A stretch of 63,596 nucleotides of DNA, filler included, from Octopus bimaculoides (GCF_001194135.2; 8 parts of 8 records of this genome joined end to end with filler, not necessarily neighbours in it), one strand, 5' to 3'. Positions 26,440 to 40,039 are shown, counted from the first letter of the whole stretch. The notes: a model not told the origin generated them from the letters alone. Translations and numbers: made by a program.

Positions 26440-26518
26440 TTCATCAGTAATCAACCAGAATGGTAATACTCAGTTTGTGCAAAACTGAGTATTACCGTTC
26501 TGGTTGATAACTGATGAA
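26440..26518. repeat. Near-perfect 79-nt inverted repeat (hairpin)
   Basis: Arms 26440-26476 and 26482-26518 pair at 35 of 37 positions by Watson-Crick rules, plus one G-U and one A-A. The loop is GTGCA. Confidence 0.9.
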
Positions 26519-26853
26519 NNNNNNNNNNNNNNNNNNNNNNNNNNNNNNNNNNNNNNNNNNNNTTAATTAATTAANNNNNNNNNNNNNNNNNNNNNNNNNN
26601 NNNNNNNNNNNNNNNNNNGAAACGAAATCTCTTCCATGCTGTTGGCATCAATGTCTGCAGTTCTTTAAAAGTGCTTCTGTCTTTAAATAATTTCGCAGCA
26701 TTTGGCTTCTTCCTCAAGACTCCAGCTTGGCACTGCCGAAAGCACATACCTTTGCTCACCATACATATGTGTGTGTGTGTGTGTGTGTGTGAGTGTGTGT
26801 GTGAGTGTGCATGCTTGTGAATATATAAATACATATATACACACACACACATG

Positions 26854-26898
<45 letters not shown>

Positions 26899-27087
26899 TT
26901 ATCTATCTATCTCTCTATAAATGGGCAAGAGTCTTCTACTATAGTCTTGGGGCCGACCAAAGCCACATGAATAGATTTGCTGGATGGAAACTGAAAGAAG
27001 CTTGTTATATATATATCTTATCTATAAAAGGCAGATTTTCTGTGAGTGTGTGTGTGTTTAAAATTCATACATTTACATAATTCCAAG

Positions 27088-27250
27088 ATCATCGTTTAAC
27101 GTCCGCTTTCCTTGCTGGCATGGGTTGGACAATTCGACTGAGGACTGGCAAGCCAGAAGGCTGCACCAGGCCCCAATCCGATCTGGCAGAGTTTCTACAG
27201 CTGGATGCCCTTCCTAACGCCAACCACTTCGAGAGTGTAGTGGGTGCTTA
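27088..27250 (-). mobile_element. RTE 3' tail fragment
   Basis: ATCATCGTTTAACGTCCGCTTTCC...GGATGCCCTTCCTAACGCCAACCAC. Confidence 0.8.
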
Positions 27251-27573
27251 TACAATTATAAATAAGGGTAAAAGAAAATTTTCTATGCCAATATGCTGAG
27301 AAATAGACTTTAAACCGTCAATCACCACATACAATATATATCGCTATAAGTATGCAGCGTGTTGAATCAAAGAAAGCAAGCAAAGAGAATTTTTTTTTAA
27401 TTCCCTTATCTCTGGATCGGACCAATTTCTGGATTAATCCAAAGGATTTTTCCTTCATCAACAGAGGATACGATAAGAAATAAACGGAACACTTGCATGT
27501 ACCCTTGGAAATAGCAGAAGCAAAGTCACAATTACATTTAAGTACCCCAAATATGTATGTATATATATATATA

Positions 27574-28516
27574 TCATCATCATCATCATCATCATCGTTT
27601 AACGTCCGCTTTCCATGCTAGCATGGGTTGGACGATTTGACTGAGGACTGGTGAAACCGGATGGCAACACCAGGCTCCAGTCTAATTTGGCAGAGTTTCT
27701 ACAGCTGGATGCCCTTCCTAACGCCAACCACTCAGAGAGTGTAGTGGGTGCTTTTATGTGTCACCCGCACGAAAACGGCCACGCTCGAAATGGTGTCTTT
27801 TATGTGCCNNNNNNNNNNNNNNNNNNNNNNNNNNNNNNNNNNNNNNNNNNNNNNNNNNNNNNNNNNNNNNNNNNNNNNNNNNNNNNNNNNNNNNNNNNNN
27901 NNNNNNNNNNNNNNNNNNNNNNNNNNNNNNNNNNNNNNNNNNNNNNNNNNNNNNNNNNNNNNNNNNNNNNNNNNNNNNNNNNNNNNNNNNNNNNNNNNNN
28001 NNNNNNNNNNNNNNNNNNNNNNNNNNNNNNNNNNNNNNNNNNNNNNNNNNNNNNNNNNNNNNNNNNNNNNNNNNNNNNNNNNNNNNNNNNNNNNNNNNNN
28101 NNNNNNNNNNNNNNNNNNNNNNNNNNNNNNNNNNNNNNNNNNNNNNNNNNNNNNNNNNNNNNNNNNNNNNNNNNNNNNNNNNNNNNNNNNNNNNNNNNNN
28201 NNNNNNNNNNNNNNNNNNNNNNNNNNNNNNNNNNNNNNNNNNNNNNNNNNNNNNNNNNNGTGGCACTTTTTCACGCAGCTATCCTCATCCATTCTCACCA
28301 CATGTCCATACCAGCGCAATCGTCTCTCTTGCACACCACAACTGATGCTTCTAATGTTCAGCTTTTCTCTCAAGATACTTACACTCTGACGGGTATTCAC
28401 ATTGACATTACACATCCAACGGAGCATACTGGCTTCATTCCTTCGAGCTTACGCATGTCCTCAGCAGTTACAGCCCATGTTTCACTGCCATGTAGCATGG
28501 CTGTTCGTACGCATGC
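27574..28516 (-). mobile_element. RTE LINE copy, 5'-truncated, spanning a gap
   Basis: ORF 27732-28427 reads MLRWMCNV...RRLRWYGHVVRMDEDSCVKKCH. The 3' UTR and (CAT)n tail are at 27574. Confidence 0.85.
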
Positions 28517-29094
28517 ATATATATATATATATATATAATGTACACACATCATACACAAGTAGAGTGGGGTCACAACAAGCATAGTAATTAACTTAGTAAC
28601 ACTCCAACATGTATTTGGTGGCTACCCGGGTACTGAGACAAAATAATAGTATTCGCAATAATTATAATAATATTATAATAATTATAATAATATTAACCAG
28701 TCACTAGAACAAGCAATGTAATATTAACTGCTTAAATGACATTAGATACTCTGTCAAAGCATTGTATGGAACAACAAATGCTGCTCGTGTAACACAGTGA
28801 GGAAATTTAATCAAAGAATACGGAATTAATATTCAAGGACATTTACGCTCAATGTGAAGTGTGCGGGGAGAGGGATAGAGATGAGAGGTATGTAGGGATG
28901 TGTATGAAGAAAGAAAGAGTGTGGTTTGGTGTATAGAAATAATATTCAAGGACGTTTCCACTCGGTTTATCATCATCATCATTGTTTATATGCTTGCATA
29001 GGTCGAATGGGATTTTGTTGACGTGGATATTTTCACAGCTGGATGCCCTTCCTGTCACCAACACTTTGCCTGTTTTCAAGTGAGGTGATATTTT

Positions 29095-29270
29095 GTATCG
29101 GCCCCTTTGCCTTTCCCTTGGATAACATCAGTGGCATGGATAGGGGAGGCTGGCATGCATGGGCCACTGATGGTCTTCCATAAACTATTTTACCTGAACT
29201 TGGGCCTCAGAGGGGAACTTTCTAGGTGCAACCCCCATGATCATTCATGACTGAATGGGGGAGGGGGTTC
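29095..29270 (+). mobile_element. 3' half of a CORE-type SINE
   Basis: GTATCGGCCCCTTTGCCTTTCCCTTGGATAAC...ACTTTCTAGGTGCAACCCCATGATCATTCATGAC. This is the reverse complement of the copy at 55435-55665. Confidence 0.6.
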
Positions 29271-30077
29271 GCGAGCCCCCNNNNNNNNNNNNNNNNNNNN
29301 NNNNNNNNNNNNNNNNNNNNNNNNTTAATTAATTAANNNNNNNNNNNNNNNNNNNNNNNNNNNNNNNNNNNNNNNNNNNNAGAGTCACTTACTGTTATAG
29401 TTTCTTCAATGAGAATATTGACCAAGGTTACCGTGGTCTTTTCCGTGGGCTTTTCCTTCCACGGCTAAACCTAAACTGTCCTCCCCTCTTTTTACACGAG
29501 AACATTACTGTGTGATACACGATCCCTATTGATCGGCCTTTCGTTTTCTTTTTTTTTCGATCCCTTTTGATCGAACTGCCCCTTTTTCCCTTCCTACGAT
29601 CCCTTTTGATCGACACCACCAATTTTTTTTTTTTTTTTTTCCTTCCTTCCCCCTCCCAAAAAGAAAAGCTCTACATTGTATTTGTCCCATCTTCGTTGAG
29701 CCCTGTGTGGCTAATAAAAGAAATGTATCTATCTATCTATCTATATACACAAAAGTGATACTAACATATACAGACGTATCTATAAGTAGGTGAGTGTTTT
29801 CTAATATTTACGTCTTAGCTCATGTGTATGTATGTATTATGTAATGTATGTAAGTTATGTATGTATGTGTGTATGAATGTATGTATATTTTGTTGTATGT
29901 ATATGTGGATCTGTGACGTCATGCCGTATAGAATCTACATTGATCTAGAGAAAAAAAAATCGTGCAGAAGAGGAGAAAATATAGAAGGTGGAGGTGGAGG
30001 CGGAAGCCACCTTCAAAGAAGCAGGGGGAGAATTACATGTAAAACGAAAAAGGGGGCAAAATAAGAAAACAACGAAG

Positions 30078-30080
30078 AAT

Positions 30081-30134
<54 letters not shown>

Positions 30135-30498
30135 CTGCAGAAGAAGAACAACGAGAAGAAGACGAAGAATATGAAGAAAAAGAATAAGTAAGAGTGAGAT
30201 TAGTCGATTACGAATAAATATGTGTAGGAAGATGAAAACCGAAGGAAAAGAAGAAGACGACGACGACTGTGAAGAAGAAGAAGAAGAAGAAGAAGAAGAA
30301 GAAGAAGAAGAAGAAGAAGAAGAAGAAGAAGAAGAAGAAGAAGAAAACAGAGAAGAAAAAGAAGACTACGAAAGGAAGAAGAAATGTGGAAGAAGAAAGA
30401 AGGAAAAGAAGAAGAAAATGAAGAAGAGGAAGACGAAAGACGAAAAAGAAGAAGAAAATGCAGAAGAAAACTGAGGAAGAAACGAAGAAAATGAAGAA

Positions 30499-30533
<35 letters not shown>

Positions 30534-30800
30534 AGAAGAAGAAGAAGAAGAAGAAGAAGAAGAAGAAGAAAAAGAAGAAGAAGAAGAAGAAGAAATAGAA
30601 AGAAAACATGGCGATGAAGAAGCATAGACAGAAAGGAGAAAAGAAACGGAAAGGGGGAAAAATTACTACAAGAACAACAACAGCAAGAACAATGAAACCA
30701 CCGACAACGACTAAAGCAACAAACAACAATAAAACGCACAAATAACTACAACAACAACGACAACAACAATAATAATGATAAGAAGAAGAAGACATTGCTA
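30078..30800. repeat. Compound trinucleotide microsatellite block, (TAG)n/(GAA)n/(AAC)n
   Basis: Seen directly. It generates the spurious poly-E, poly-F and poly-L ORFs. Confidence 0.95.
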
Positions 30801-31041
30801 TACTTCAGAAGAACAGGAACGAGTAAATAATGGCCTTTATATAATAATGTCATATAACAGCATTTCAGATTAAGTTTGAGATGGCAGCTAATCAAGATTT
30901 AACGCTCGTACCTATTATTGTAGTTTTTGACAATATTAAAACGATGTAGCTGTATGTATGTACGTAGGCACGTCAGCTGGTGGATAGATGTATGAAACTA
31001 TGTAAGTGTATGTATATATATATATTTATATATATACATAC

Positions 31042-31124
<83 letters not shown>

Positions 31125-31774
31125 CAAACATATATATATGTAAGGCTATAAATATGTATATATATGTATGTATATATGTACATATATATTTGTAAGTATA
31201 GGTGTACGATTGTGTTTGGATATGTAGTAAATAGTCGTACATGAACTTCGATTGTTCAATCTTAAGTCTATCTAGGCAAAATACTTAATCATTCAAAGTG
31301 CTCATAGATTAAACCAGTAGTGGGTGCTACGATTTTTATGTTTGTGATTTACAGAGAAGAATATACCTAGGAGATACATGAAAAAAAAAACAATATTTGC
31401 CACATGTTATCCTAAAGAAACTTTGAATTCTCAGTGACTATTCACCTCATCTGCTGCTGTTGAATTAGAGGCGGTTACACTTTTAGGAATACACACACAC
31501 ACAAAAATAAACAAATATATATAAATACACACACAAGCACACACACACAACTTAATATTTGACCATTTAAAAACAACGATTTGAACAATTTGAACGACAC
31601 TGCTAACAGTAAAAACTTATAACACGTTGAAAACAATCCAAATTTAATGGATGAACTCTTGTAAGATTCATAGACGGCTCTACCACTTTTTTCGCCGGTG
31701 CCACTAGTAGAGAGAATTATTATTATTATTATTATTATTATTATTGTTAGTAGGAGCAGTAATAGTAGTCGTAA

Positions 31775-31882
<108 letters not shown>

Positions 31883-32162
31883 AAAAAAAAAACTAAATGG
31901 ATATTTATGAAATGACTTCAGGAAATGAGTAAAGGAAATATATGTAATTTCATGAGAAACTTCCATCAGCAATAAAATGATAAATGAAAATTTATAATTT
32001 GAAACAAAATATAGAAATATTAATAAAATATATAAATGGATATGATATATATATATATGTATGGAAGATGAAAATGAAAACGAAATTATACTTTCATAAG
32101 GAAACATCTGCAGATGATGTTTATGGAAAGAGAGCCAAGGTACACTGGTACGTTTATGTAAG

Positions 32163-32235
<73 letters not shown>

Positions 32236-32460
32236 ATGTACTTGTATATATATATATATGTACTTGTGTATATATATATATATATATGTAAGTGTGTGTA
32301 TGTATATATATGCGTGTGTGTATGTGTGTAATGTGTATATATATATATTTTGCTGTGTGTGTGGTGTATACATATGCACGTATATACGTATGCGTATAAA
32401 CATACATACGTGTATTCATATATATGAGTTGGCACAAGCATAAGCATAATCACGCATATA

Positions 32461-32498
<38 letters not shown>

Positions 32499-33178
32499 NN
32501 NNNNNNNNNNNNNNNNNNNNNNNNNNNNNNNNNNNNNNNNNNNNNNNNNNNNNNNNNNNNNNNNNNNNNNNNNNNNNNNNNNNNNNNNNNNNNNNNNNNN
32601 NNNNNNNNNNNNNNNNNNNNNNNNNNNNNNNNNNNNNNNNNNNNNNNNNNNNNNNNNNNNNNNNNNNNNNNNNNNNNNNNNNNNNNNNNNNNNNNNNNNN
32701 NNNNNNNNNNNNNNNNNNNNNNNNNNNNNNNNNNNNNNNNNNNNNNNNNNNNNNNNNNNNNNNNNNNNNNNNNNNNNNNNNNNNNNNNNNNNNNNNNNNN
32801 NNNNNNNNNNNNNNNNNNNNNNNNNNNNNNNNNNNNNNNNNNNNNNNNNNNNNNNNNNNNNNNNNNNNNNNNNNNNNNNNNNNNNNNNNNNNNNNNNNNN
32901 NNNNNNNNNNNNNNNNNNNNNNNNNNNNNNNNNNNNNNNNNNNNNNNNNNNNNNNNNNNNNNNNNNNNNNNNNNNNNNNNNNNNNNNNNNNNNNNNNNNN
33001 NNNNNNNNNNNNNNNNNNNNNNNNNNNNNNNNNNNNNNNNNNNNNNNNNNNNNNNNNNNNNNNNNNNNNNNNNNNNNNNNNNNNNNNNNNNNNNNNNNNN
33101 NNNNNNNNNNNNNNNNNNNNNNNNNNNNNNNNNNNNNNNNNNNNNNNNNNNNNNNNNNNNNNNNNNNNNNNNNNNNNN

Positions 33179-33210
<32 letters not shown>

Positions 33211-33459
33211 CTAAAGAATGGACGGGTTCGTATCCTCTTTATCTCTTGGCCACAACTATTTCAACAACGTATGTTTTAAATATATCAATTAACAAGGTGG
33301 AAAGCGTGAGTGTAAAATCCTGGAATATTGGATTCCCAGATTCCATTTCATTTACTATATGTGTGTGTGTGTATGTATGTATTATGTTTACGGGTGTATG
33401 TGTGTGTCTGTATGTGTGTGTGCGTTTAGATGTGTGCGTGTATGTGTGTTTATTTACAA

Positions 33460-33720
33460 TTGTCTGATTAAGATCGATACCCTAGGGACGCCGTAGATCA
33501 CCCGTGAAATAAATCGCTTCTCACCATAATTCCCGCTCTTTAAAAAAATTTTTTTTTTACCAAATTGATAGTTTCCACCATGCTGTTCGTAGTTCACTTC
33601 TTGACGTCGCTCAACCGTTCCGCTTTTAGTCTCCATATTACTTCTTTTTCTATTGGCCTTTTATCAAGACATGACCATATTTATCGTACCATGCTTTACC
33701 ACCTTGTCAACATCATTTCT
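33460..33720 (-). pseudogene. Highly decayed LINE RT fragment (possible)
   Basis: The minus strand gives VIYGVP(R)VSIL, resembling SGVPQGSILGP, downstream of RRQEV. The frames are broken. Confidence 0.3.
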
Positions 33721-35618
33721 TAACACTCATTTCTTAACACTCTTAACATTCAACGAAAACTCGTCAGTTGAATGTTCTATGAAATATGAAACGACATTCT
33801 ATAAAATTTAGTTTGAAAAGCTATGAATATTTTCTTACATTCATCATTCGACATCCTTTATTCGTACCCATAGAATAAAACTGAAATCACTATTGCTCTT
33901 AAAACGTTTATTTGCTGTCATAATTTATGTGTTCTAAAAATTCTTTTTTTCTAGAAACAAGGTTTAATTTTTCTAAAGAATCTCTAGCTGTTTCGCTCCG
34001 TCGTTTTTATGTGTTTCTTTCATCTGGCATCATCCGTTATAATACTTTACAACTATTAAAATTCATCAACTTGTTTGAAAAATTTTCCCTGCTTTTTCAA
34101 TTGGTTTCACAATTTTCTGTTCTTGTATGTTTTTGTATTAGTTACCATTATTTTGCATTTTATTTAGAATTTATTGCTATTCCATATCTCCTCTTGCAGT
34201 CAGTTATCTCAATATNNNNNNNNNNNNNNNNNNNNNNNNNNNNNNNNNNNNNNNNNNNNNNNNNNNNNNNNNNNNNNNNNNNNNNNNNNNNNNNNNNNNN
34301 NNNNNNNNNNNNNNNNNNNNNNNNNNNNNNNNNNNNNNNNNNNNNNNNNNNNNNNNNNNNNNNNNNNNNNNNNNNNNNNNNNNNNNNNNNNNNNNNNNNN
34401 NNNNNNNNNNNNNNNNNNNNNNNNNNNNNNNNNNNNNNNNNNNNNNNNNNNNNNNNNNNNNNNNNNNNNNNNNNNNNNNNNNNNNNNNNNNNNNNNNNNN
34501 NNNNNNNNNNNNNNNNNNNNNNNNNNNNNNNNNNNNNNNNNNNNNNNNNNNNNNNNNNNNNNNNNNNNNNNNNNNNNNNNNNNNNNNNNNNNNNNNNNNN
34601 NNNNNNNNNNNNNNNNNNNNNNNNNNNNNNNNNNNNNNNNNNNNNNNNNNNNNNNNNNNNNNNNNNNNNNNNNNNNNNNNNNNNNNNNNNNNNNNNNNNN
34701 NNNNNNNNNNNNNNNNNNNNNNNNNNNNNNNNNNNNNNNNNNNNNNNNNNNNNNNNNNNNNNNNNNNNNNNNNNNNNNNNNNNNNNNNNNNNNNNNNNNN
34801 NNNNNNNNNNNNNNNNNNNNNNNNNNNNNNNNNNNNNNNACACAACAACATCGTCACCATCGAAAAGATAACCGCATCGGCAACAAGAACGAAAGCAACA
34901 CCATCAACTTCAATAAGAACGCCCTCCAGATGAACGGCATTAAGAGCAGTAACAACATTATCAGAAACACCATAAACATTCAAGATCATTATCAAAATCG
35001 CACTAGATTTCACAACAACAACAACAACGACACTAACACATACTGCATAACAACAAGAAGAACAGCAACAACAACTACCATAATTACCAACAGTATTAAC
35101 AACATAGCAAGAACGCATATAAAAGCTACATTGAAAACAAAAATATAAACATGCAATAATTAATATTATTTCATTAATATGAACGAATATAAATGAAACT
35201 AAAAATCTTAGAAGATGCCAAATGAAATAAAACTGGTTAGTTAATGGTATCGACGGGTAGTAAATAACTACTGTGGCAACAACAACAATAACAAGAATAG
35301 TATAAAACAATAATGATAGCAACAACAATAAGGAAACAATAACAAAGAAGAATCAACTGATTATATGGTATTTTTATCTCTATCGCCAACCATAAAGCAT
35401 GGAACCCCTCGTCTATACGTGTCAATGTATGTGATTATATATATATGCATACATACATACATACATACATACATATGCATATACATATCTACGTAATACA
35501 TGTATGTAGAGGCACACATGCATACACACGTATATATATGTACACGTGTGTATGTATGTGTACCTATATATCCTTCCCTCTTTCTCTCTCTATCTATCTA
35601 TCTATATATATGTATATA

Positions 35619-35659
<41 letters not shown>

Positions 35660-36020
35660 NNNNNNNNNNNNNNNNNNNNNNNNNNNNNNNNNNNNNNNNN
35701 NNNNNNNNNNNNNNNNNNNNNNNNNNNNNNNNNNNNNNNNNNNNNNNNNNNNNNNNNNNNNNNNNNNNNNNNNNNNNNNNNNNNNNNNNNNNNNNNNNNN
35801 NNNNNNNNNNNNNNNNNNNNNNNNNNNNNNNNNNNNNNNNNNNNNNNNNNNNNNNNNNNNNNNNNNNNNNNNNNNNNNNNNNNNNNNNNNNNNNNNNNNN
35901 NNNNNNNNNNNNNNNNNNNNNNNNNNNNNNNNNNNNNNNNNNNNNNNNNNNNNNNNNNNNNNNNNNNNNNNNNNNNNNNNNNNNNNNNNNNNNNNNNNNN
36001 NNNNNNNNNNNNGTTAGTAT

Positions 36021-36066
<46 letters not shown>

Positions 36067-36487
36067 ACAAACACACACACACACACACATACATATGTGT
36101 ATGCGCGTGTGTGTGCATATGCTTTCGGGAAAGAATACTTCTACATTTGTAGATGACAACATAAATGAACTCACACACACGCGCACACACGCACGCACAC
36201 GCACACAGACAGACAGACACACACACACACACACACAAATGCACGCACACAATATGCACGTTTGCATTCATAAACTCATACATTCTCCTACTTCTCTATT
36301 TACTCGACGAACCACCTCTCACCATAAGCGAACGAAATAATGAAATATTCATAAAACCACCGAAATCCTCTCACAATCCCCATCCTCTAACCTGCGATTG
36401 ACATAACGTTAAGGTGATCTAGTTGTGCGATATTAATCGAAATTTAAGCATGCTGGTTATATTGGTGCTGTCGCTGTTGCAAGCGAT

Positions 36488-36780
<293 letters not shown>

Positions 36781-37357
36781 CTTTGTTTATTGATATTGTT
36801 GACGCTCTTGCATTTGTTGCTTTTGTTCTTGTTGTCATAGTCCTCGTTATTTTGTAGTGCTGCCCTCTGGCTGATGAAAGGCCCGTTATATTGATGTCAA
36901 AACAATATGGATGCTTCGATAAATTGATATCGGCGGAGAGATGTAGGGATTGGTGGCACGATAGTTTGATAGATGTACAGATGTACAGACAGATAAGGGG
37001 AAAGTGAGGTATTTTAATAGCAGTGTATTTAATATAGATGGAGTATTTAATAAGCACTTAGAAATACAGTAACTCTCTCTGAGTATACACACTGGCATGA
37101 TTACATGTATATATACACGTACAAAATATAAAGGCGTGTGTTGAGCATATAAGCGTGCGTTTATACATACACATACATCTGTGTGTAAGTGTGTATATTT
37201 GCGTGTGTGTGTATTTGTGTGTGTGTATGTGTATGTGTAATTGTATATATTTATGTAGAAATGTGTACGACTATCACACACAAATATGAAGGCATGTGGA
37301 TGGATACATACACGTAAAAATAAATTCGTATATACACACGATTCGTATTATGAAGTA

Positions 37358-37395
<38 letters not shown>

Positions 37396-37720
37396 TGGTT
37401 TTGCAGCATGGAAGATGTTTATAAGCCATTTAAGAACATTAAAAAACCCCGTTAGATTCACTTCAACATTTAAATTTAATTTGTGTCAAAATATTTTCGC
37501 TGCATTGAAACCGCGACCTGTTCACTGACAAAACCTCATGCTACACACACACATATATATATATATATATTAATACAGATGGTTATATTTGCGGTACGAT
37601 TTTGTTTGTACTAGTTGAAATATTAGTAGTACAACTGGGAAACTTGTAATTGTAGTCGCCGTAATAATTATAATAGTTGTTAAAAAACAATAAAAGTAAT
37701 CTTCTTCTTCTTCTTCTTCT

Positions 37721-37751
<31 letters not shown>

Positions 37752-38123
37752 CGTGGCAGTGGTTATAACATTATTAGTTACTTGTTGCCGGCATTCAGTA
37801 AGGAATAGATTTCTGGTCAGATAAAAGATATGCGATAACGTACTTTGTACGCACGTCATACATTTCGTATGTGCGTGGGCGAGACAAATGCACTCTATTG
37901 TATACACATACACGCACACACACACACTGACACACACGTGCACACAAAACGCATACACACTTACACATACAATCACACGATCACACATACGCACACACGC
38001 TCATGTCCTTGTGTAACATTCAGTATTCCTCTCTCTTTCTCTCTCTCTCACTCCGTGCATATCTGATTGATCGTTAGCCACTAAACCTTTTTCTATTTTC
38101 TCTCCCTGTTTATTTCTGTGTTC

Positions 38124-38159
38124 CTTTCTGACGAAGAGCGTAGGTTCGAAACGTAAAAG
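38124..38159 (+). ncRNA. Minimal type I hammerhead-ribozyme motif in a Penelope-like terminal repeat
   Basis: CUUU-CUGACGA-A-GAGC-GUAG-GUUC-GAAA-CG-UA-AAAG contains the core CUGANGA/GAAA/UH, a 4-bp stem I, a 4-bp stem II with one G-U, and palindromic ACGU as stem III. Confidence 0.55.
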
Positions 38160-38257
38160 ACTTTCTCACTTCCCGAGCATTAAACTAATACATTTGTTTG
38201 TTGTTTACACACCCGTCTTTGTCTTTTGTTTTGCTTGTTTTTTTTTGTAAATTTCAA

Positions 38258-38329
<72 letters not shown>

Positions 38330-38919
38330 GTATATGCATATATATGTATGTATGTATGTATTTATATGTGTGTCTGTGTATGTATGTATATATGTATATA
38401 CATATATATATGGGAAATGAAACCTACAAACAGCGAGAGCAATAACATATCTTTAAGAGCAACTCGTTGTAATTCTGTTTAACAGTTTCCGCCAGATGAA
38501 AGACAGATCTCACGGCCAGACATTCACTTCCTATGTGAATCGAAAGTACTTTTCTTTTTCTCACCAAACAGATGATTTTTTTCATATAAATAAGGTCATT
38601 CGTACGTACGTACGTACTAACATTCCTATGTGTGTATGTATATATATGTATGTGTGCATATATCGTTTATATGTATATATTTTGTTGTGCTAGCATTAGC
38701 AGTCAAATTTTCATGTAGTATCGAACCTAACATCTTTTGTCTTTTAAGCTATTTGAAAATATTACCACAATTCTTTTAACTGCTGTGTATTTTCATAATA
38801 ATTTACACACACACGCACACATACATATACAAACATATACACACACACATATACATATAAATACATACACATATATAAATATATATATATAGTTGAAATA
38901 TTTTGGAAAACAAAAGACG

Positions 38920-39030
38920 AAGACAAGTGCATGAATAAGAAGCGAGTGTATTAGATTGACACTCGGAAAAATGAAAAGGTCTTTTAGGTTTCGAGCCTAC
39001 GATCTTCAACAGAAAGGAATAAGAGATATT
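38920..39030 (-). mobile_element. Penelope-like terminal repeat fragment with a decayed hammerhead motif (38981-39016)
   Basis: The reverse complement reads CTTT-CTGTTGA-A-GATC-GTAG-GCTC-GAAA-CC-TA-AAAG. It is an inverted homolog of 38110-38240. Confidence 0.5.
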
Positions 39031-39668
39031 AATAATAAGAAACAATAGAATATATATGTATATAAAACAGACAGGTTAAATAAGACTTTCTACATAAATA
39101 TATATAATATAATTATCATCCTTATTATTTCTAATTAGTAGAAATTTAGAAAAGTGATTCAAGGTCAGTGGGATTTATTCACGTAACCTGTCAGATAGTT
39201 TAGTGTCTCGTACGAAGTTCTCGGTTCTTTAGTAACGTTTGTTTTAACTTAATGGCAGTAAAGAAACTAAAATAGTTATATTTTATATATCTGTATACGC
39301 ATATTCATACATATAATATATAAATATATACTCATACTTTATGTATATATATATATATGTTGGTCTGTGTATGTATTTTTATATGCATGTATGTACATTC
39401 GCATACATATATATCAAATCTTAAGGCAAGGAAATCTTTGAAAATTATCGGCAACGAATGCTACAACATATCTTTAAGAGCAAGCCTCTGTAAATCTGGT
39501 TAACAGTTTCCGCCAGATGAAAGACAGATCTCACGGCCAGACATTTGCTTCCGATGAGAACCGAAAGCACTTTCTTTTTTTTTTTTTCTCTTACCAAGTA
39601 GTTGAAATATATTCTTCATACAATTCAGGTCATATTTCTATACATAAATATGTGTGTCTGTCTGTGTA

Positions 39669-39729
<61 letters not shown>

Positions 39730-39746
39730 GTCCGTCTGTCTGTGTG

Positions 39747-39825
<79 letters not shown>

Positions 39826-39875
39826 TCGTGTATGTATACATATATATACTTACATATACACATGCATATACATAT

Positions 39876-39906
<31 letters not shown>

Positions 39907-40039
39907 CATACACATATATACATAGATGTATATACATATACAAATATACATTTACTTACATATACATACATATATATGTCTACGGTGTATACATACATAT
40001 TAGTGTATATATATATAATTGTGTGTCTGTGTATGCAGA

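Noticed and set aside
29520-29612. CRISPR array
   Set aside because: There are only three 16-nt repeats with low-complexity spacers, the context is eukaryotic, and no cas genes are present.
30200-30795. Long poly-E, poly-F and poly-L ORFs
   Set aside because: These are translations of the (GAA)n microsatellite with no splice or codon evidence.
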